A DNA stretch of 42,000 nucleotides from a virus (Duplodnaviria > Heunggongvirae > Uroviricota > Caudoviricetes), in the IMG/VR virus record IMGVR_UViG_2909262264_000004; one strand, 5' to 3'. Position numbers and translations under genes: made by a program. This document shows positions 37,834 to 42,000 of this stretch, piece by piece; within the stretch, counting starts at the first letter, position 1; the number at the start of each line of letters is the position of its first letter. The notes beneath the pieces were generated by a model. The model was not told where the DNA came from, ran no database searches, and saw nothing but the letters and a program-made list of their open reading frames with translations.

Positions 37834-37952
37834 CAATGCCGTTCAGTTAGTTAAGGAATTGAGGTTCGATAGCCCGAACCTCGCGCAGAGGCAATATGAC
37901 CGAAAGCCTGATTCCTTAATGCCCAAGATGAGTCTCTATTCATAAAAGCGCT
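37834..37952. repeat. Terminal inverted repeat, left (~115 bp, internally palindromic)
   Basis: Matches the reverse complement of 39209-39318 with a few mismatches and one 4-nt indel. Contains an 8-bp-stem hairpin (gaggttcg..cgaacctc) and ttaaggaat..attccttaa arms. Confidence 0.7.
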
Positions 37953-38169
37953 TAACTACTCGACATTGGCGGTGTATCCCCCGCATTGTCTGAATGCCGC
38001 CTCTTACCTTTCGCGGTCAACTGACGACTTCTAGTTCTAGAACGCCTTGATTTTTTGTACTTGTACATTGAAAAATAACCATAAATTGTTAGCCTGTGCA
38101 GTAGACTCAGTGGCGGTAACTGGTCAGCATGAAGTGTAAAGTGAATAACGAAGCTCTAAAATTATAGGG

Positions 38170-39003
38170 ATGGTCATGAATAATAAGCTAAAGGTAATTG
38201 AGTTAAATAGTCTTGATCTGTTTCGTAAAGAATTACTAACTACTATAAAGCCAGAGAAAGTAGAGAAATTACTTAGATGGTATCTTCAATCATATGGCGG
38301 TGTTAATTTCAAGTTCGGTTATGACAGACCAATTTTTAGAGCGCGAAAGTGCCCAAATGAATGCGGATATAATAACATCAGTGAGATATATCCCCCTCCA
38401 CCAGAAAAATGTAAAATAGGCCGAATGAATGATGATGGACAAGCTATCTTCTATGGCGCTTATAGTATCGGAACAGCTTTAGCCGAAATTAATGCAAAAG
38501 AAGGGGATTATGTTCACATAGCTCACTTTAAGATGCCGGAAAATTCAGAGTCTGGAATGCGATGTTTTGCTATCGGTGAGGTCTTTAATGTGTATCACGG
38601 TGTAAATACAATTTCAATTGAAGTGTTTAATGAAATTCGCGACATCATTAGCAGAATTGGTAAGGACGACATCCGAGCTTTGCTATCATATTTGTATATG
38701 GATGCCCTTTCTGCTGAGTTGCTTAATAGTATCAATGCCCATGAGGTAAATTATATTTACTCAAGAATTTTTTGCCGTCTTCTTCTTGATAAATACCCTG
38801 ATGTTGATGGTCTTATTTATCCTAGCGCTAAAATAAAAGGGGCCTCAAATATCGCTTTGCGCACAGAAACAGTTAAATCGAGAATGCATTTAGTTGCTAA
38901 TCTTGTGTTTAAAGTAAATAAAATTTATCCATATGGAATAGTAGATTTCAGTATAGTAAAACAAGCCAAAGGACATACATCAGATGGGCGCATCGTTTGG
39001 TGA
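38170..39003 (+). CDS. RES-domain protein (NAD+-targeting toxin family)
   Basis: 277 aa (ATG at 38176 has the better RBS). GRMNDDGQAIFYGAYSIGTALAE and GLIYPSAKIKGASNIAL fit the Arg...Glu...Ser RES signature as recalled. No antitoxin-like ORF adjacent. Confidence 0.55.
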   Translation: MVMNNKLKVIELNSLDLFRKELLTTIKPEKVEKLLRWYLQSYGGVNFKFGYDRPIFRARKCPNECGYNNISEIYPPPPEKCKIGRMNDDGQAIFYGAYSIGTALAEINAKEGDYVHIAHFKMPENSESGMRCFAIGEVFNVYHGVNTISIEVFNEIRDIISRIGKDDIRALLSYLYMDALSAELLNSINAHEVNYIYSRIFCRLLLDKYPDVDGLIYPSAKIKGASNIALRTETVKSRMHLVANLVFKVNKIYPYGIVDFSIVKQAKGHTSDGRIVW

Positions 39004-39208
39004 GCCAAACTTTTAGTTAGCTGATTGAAAAACCGATGCGTCAGTTTGCACTGCATGTGGTGTATGGGAAGCGCGGGCTTGTAGTGCAGGTCATTTCAGA
39101 AGAAGCTAACGAGAAAGCTTAGACATACTGTGACTACTAAACAAGCAGAAAGCCCGTGTTTATGGGGGGCAATCCACACAACAGGCGATGTCGATTAGTT
39201 AATACACT

Positions 39209-39318
39209 TGTATGAATAGAGACTCATTTTTGTGCATTAAGGAATCAGGCTTTCAGTCATCTTGCCTCTGCGCGAGGTTCGGGCTATCGAACCTCAATTC
39301 CTTAACTGAACTACATTG
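39209..39318. repeat. Terminal inverted repeat, right
   Basis: Reverse complement of 37841-37952. Confidence 0.7.
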
Positions 39319-39329
39319 CCCTATCTCAC
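39319..39329. repeat. 11-bp direct repeat ccctatctcac (right)
   Basis: Identical to 37823-37833. Confidence 0.5.
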
Positions 39330-39516
39330 AGCTCTAAATGCAAAAATCCCATGAAACTGTGGGTATTTCATTACACACTGACACTGCTCTACCTTTCTAT
39401 ATGTATCACTCTAAACCAGTTAATCAATTGGCACTTATCAACAACAAAAAATCTGATAAAATTAAAATGTTTTGTAACAAATTTCAGCTTGTAGTGTTCC
39501 AAAGGAGACGGATTAC

Positions 39517-39849
39517 ATGGCATTAATCAAATGTCCTGAATGCCAGAAAGAGGTCAGCGATTCAGCATTATGTTGCCCTGCTTGTGGTAAACAACTGAAA
39601 AAACTTAAGCGTTCATTTTTTGGAAAACTCATTAAATGGGCTTTTATATTTTTTAATATTTTTATGATCTATACACTTTTAGTTGGACTAGGAGGCGCTG
39701 ATGAAATAATAAACAATACCACATCCGATGCCGAAAAAGCTGGGGCAGTTATTGGTACGGGCTTAGGTTTAATTGCCATTGGAGGCTTATGGGTTATTGG
39801 CGATATAATTATCGGAATTTTAGTGTTTCTTACTAAACCAAAGGGATAA
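39517..39849 (+). CDS. Zinc-ribbon membrane protein
   Basis: aaaggaga RBS; N-terminal CPEC...CPAC zinc ribbon then two hydrophobic helices; AT-rich. Confidence 0.5.
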   Translation: MALIKCPECQKEVSDSALCCPACGKQLKKLKRSFFGKLIKWAFIFFNIFMIYTLLVGLGGADEIINNTTSDAEKAGAVIGTGLGLIAIGGLWVIGDIIIGILVFLTKPKG

Positions 39850-39853
39850 TAAA

Positions 39854-40747
39854 ATGAAAAATATGATTTTTTCTATAGGTGCATTATTTATATCAATTAG
39901 TGTACTGCCTGTTCACGCAGCAACTGAACATAAGAATTTCAATGCAGTGCTCCAGTGCCGAGCGATAGAAAACAATAAAGACAGACTTTCTTGTTACGAT
40001 AAGTCAATACAACCGACTCGAACGAAAGTTGCTGAAAAATTTGAAAGCAGGGATCAATGCCCTGATGAGAAAGATGATGACAAACGTTTATCTTGTTATG
40101 ATCGTTTTTTTTCTCCAACATTTACTCCATCTGTAAACTCAAAATCTAAAACGGAAAAGCTAGTAACAACAGAGGCTCAGCAACCAAATCTTTCTGAAAT
40201 ATCTAAATGCCGAGCAGAAAATGATAAAGAAGCCAGACTAAACTGCTACGATAAACTATTCCCACAGAATGAAGCTGTTCAATCTGAATCACAATTAGAG
40301 AAAGCCACAGATGCAGGAAAATGGCACACGTCCATTACTACATCGCCAATTGATGATTCGAAAAATGTAATTTTATCGTTAGAAAGTGATGATTATATCA
40401 GAACTCCATTTGGAGAAGCTGTTACTCCCACTCTGTTTATAGCTTGCCGAGAAAAGAAAACCGAAGTATTTCTTAGTTGGGATGTATATTTAGGCCTTGA
40501 ACAAACCAGCATGCTGTATCGTCTTGATAAACAGAAAGCAGTTGAAAGAAACTGGCTAATATCTACAGATACAAAGGCTGTTTTTTATAAAGGTAATGAT
40601 ATTGATTTCATAAGAAAACTTGCCAACTCACATAAAATGTACACAAAAATAACCCCCTATAATGAAAGCCCTGTAAGTGCAACTTTCAATTTAAGCGGCC
40701 TGTCAAATGCACTAAAACCGCTTCAAGATGCTTGTAACTGGAAATAG
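39854..40747 (+). CDS. Secreted protein with three tandem Cys-containing repeats
   Basis: Signal peptide ending VHA-A; three repeats of C-x(11-13)-(R/K)L(S/N)CYD(K/R); 4 nt after the upstream gene. Confidence 0.5.
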   Translation: MKNMIFSIGALFISISVLPVHAATEHKNFNAVLQCRAIENNKDRLSCYDKSIQPTRTKVAEKFESRDQCPDEKDDDKRLSCYDRFFSPTFTPSVNSKSKTEKLVTTEAQQPNLSEISKCRAENDKEARLNCYDKLFPQNEAVQSESQLEKATDAGKWHTSITTSPIDDSKNVILSLESDDYIRTPFGEAVTPTLFIACREKKTEVFLSWDVYLGLEQTSMLYRLDKQKAVERNWLISTDTKAVFYKGNDIDFIRKLANSHKMYTKITPYNESPVSATFNLSGLSNALKPLQDACNWK

Positions 40748-40770
40748 TATATACCTCCCCAATATCAGAT

Positions 40771-40802
40771 GACAAAACGCCCGTGAAAACGGGCGTTTTG
40801 TC
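40771..40802. terminator. Bidirectional intrinsic terminator
   Basis: Perfect palindrome gacaaaacgcccg-tgaaaa-cgggcgttttgtc. Confidence 0.6.
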
Positions 40803-41004
40803 ATCTGTAACTCGAAAATGTGGTCATTGCGTGGACATACGATGATATAAATCCTTTTATATCAAAAGATTAAACCACTATTATTTTCCTCAACAAGGAT
40901 TTTCACGTTTGTGTTACCTGTATGAGACGAGAGTTAACCGGACAAGTGTGCCATAATCTCGCGGCCAGGCATACTTGCGAAGATTTCAGGTATAAGGATA
41001 CGTA

Positions 41005-42000
41005 ATGATACAACCTATTTCCGGCCCTCCTCCTGGGCAACCACCAGGTCAGGGAGATAACCTGCCGTCTGGCGCGGGCAATCAGCCTTTATCCAGTCAG
41101 CAACGTACTTCGCTGGAAAGCTTAATGACGAAAGTGACCTCACTGACGCAACAGCAAAGAGCAGAACTGTGGGCGGGTATCAGGCACGATATTGGTCTGT
41201 CGGGAGATTCACCGCTGCTTTCGCGTCACTTCCCTGCCGCTGAACATAATCTGGCGCAACGTCTGCTGGCCGCGCAAAAAAGCCATTCTGCCCGCCAGCT
41301 TTTAGCGCAATTAGGCGAGTATTTACGTCTGGGGAATAATCGTCAGGCGGTCACGGATTATATCCGTCATAACTTTGGTCAGACGCCGCTGAATCAGCTC
41401 TCACCGGAGCAATTAAAAACCATTCTCACCCTGTTGCAGGAAGGGAAGATGGTTATTCCGCAACCGCAGCAGCGCGAGGCGACCGACCGTCCTTTATTAC
41501 CGGCGGAGCACAATGCGCTCAAACAGCTGGTGACCAAACTTGCGGCGGCAACGGGGGAACCCAGCAAACAGATCTGGCAATCGATGCTGGAACTTTCCGG
41601 GGTGAAAGATGGCGAGTTAATTCCAGCGAAACTGTTTAACCATCTGGTGACCTGGTTGCAGGCGCGCCAGACGTTAAGCCAGCAAAATACGCCGACGCTG
41701 GAATCACTACAGATGGCGCTAAAACAACCTTTAGATGCCAGTGAACTGGCGGCGTTATCGGCATATATCCAGCAAAAATATGGCCTTTCTGCGCAATCAT
41801 CGCTTTCTTCTGCCCAGGCCGAGGATATTCTTAATCAGCTTTATCAACGGCGGGTTAAAGGGATTGATCCGCGTGATATGCAACCGCTGCTTAATCCTTT
41901 TCCACCGATGATGGACACGTTGCAAAATATGGCAACGCGTCCCGCGCTGTGGATACTGTTAGTCGCGATTATCCTGATGCTGGTCTGGCTGGTTCGTTAG
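41005..42000 (+). CDS. flk: Flagellar regulator Flk (host chromosomal gene)
   Basis: 331 aa; Pro/Gln-rich N-terminus MIQPISGPPPGQPPGQ and C-terminal membrane anchor ALWILLVAIILMLVWLVR match E. coli Flk as recalled. Confidence 0.7.
   Translation: MIQPISGPPPGQPPGQGDNLPSGAGNQPLSSQQRTSLESLMTKVTSLTQQQRAELWAGIRHDIGLSGDSPLLSRHFPAAEHNLAQRLLAAQKSHSARQLLAQLGEYLRLGNNRQAVTDYIRHNFGQTPLNQLSPEQLKTILTLLQEGKMVIPQPQQREATDRPLLPAEHNALKQLVTKLAAATGEPSKQIWQSMLELSGVKDGELIPAKLFNHLVTWLQARQTLSQQNTPTLESLQMALKQPLDASELAALSAYIQQKYGLSAQSSLSSAQAEDILNQLYQRRVKGIDPRDMQPLLNPFPPMMDTLQNMATRPALWILLVAIILMLVWLVR

Larger units (their letters stand above)
37834..39318. mobile_element. Putative non-autonomous transposon-like unit carrying a RES-domain gene
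   Basis: 1485-bp AT-rich unit bounded by ~115-bp inverted repeats and 11-bp direct repeats; no transposase inside. Confidence 0.45.

Noticed and set aside
37860-37885. tRNA-like T-arm (ggttcg-atagcc-cgaacc) inside the inverted repeat
   Set aside because: Only a single hairpin; no acceptor, D or anticodon arms around it, and the same sequence occurs in both repeat copies.
39338-39526. 62-aa ORF upstream of the zinc-ribbon gene
   Set aside because: Overlaps the promoter and RBS region of the 39517 gene; no RBS; AT-rich sequence gives chance ORFs.
1-42000. CRISPR arrays, rRNA and tRNA genes
   Set aside because: No regularly spaced short direct repeats and no RNA gene signatures seen; the right attachment site could not be defined because the left flank is outside the window.

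Overview
Most of the window (1 to about 37.4 kb) is a P2/186-like temperate myovirus prophage in an Escherichia-type chromosome (host flk at 41005-42000). Gene order is: int, C repressor, cox, small early genes, replication gene A, a parM/parR-like cassette, a cos-like region, portal Q, terminase P, scaffold O, capsid N, small terminase M, L, X, lysis genes, R, S, baseplate V-W-J-I, tail fibre H with a Pin/Gin-type invertible segment, then sheath/tube/E/T/U, D and ogr. Several things are unusual. (1) An IS21-family element (istA/istB) sits in the P-Q region flanked by 732-bp direct repeats of phage DNA. (2) The tail-fibre switch has an internal frame mismatch in both orientations. (3) The FI-FII-E-T-U block lies on the opposite strand to the P2 order. 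(4) An actin-like parMR partition cassette occupies the A-to-cos cargo slot. (5) Right of ogr is an AT-rich islet with a hok-like toxin, a solitary RES-domain toxin-like gene inside a 1.5-kb unit bounded by ~115-bp terminal inverted repeats and 11-bp direct repeats, and a zinc-ribbon membrane protein plus secreted Cys-repeat protein pair. All homology calls are from reading the translations and from memory of the families; no database search was run.
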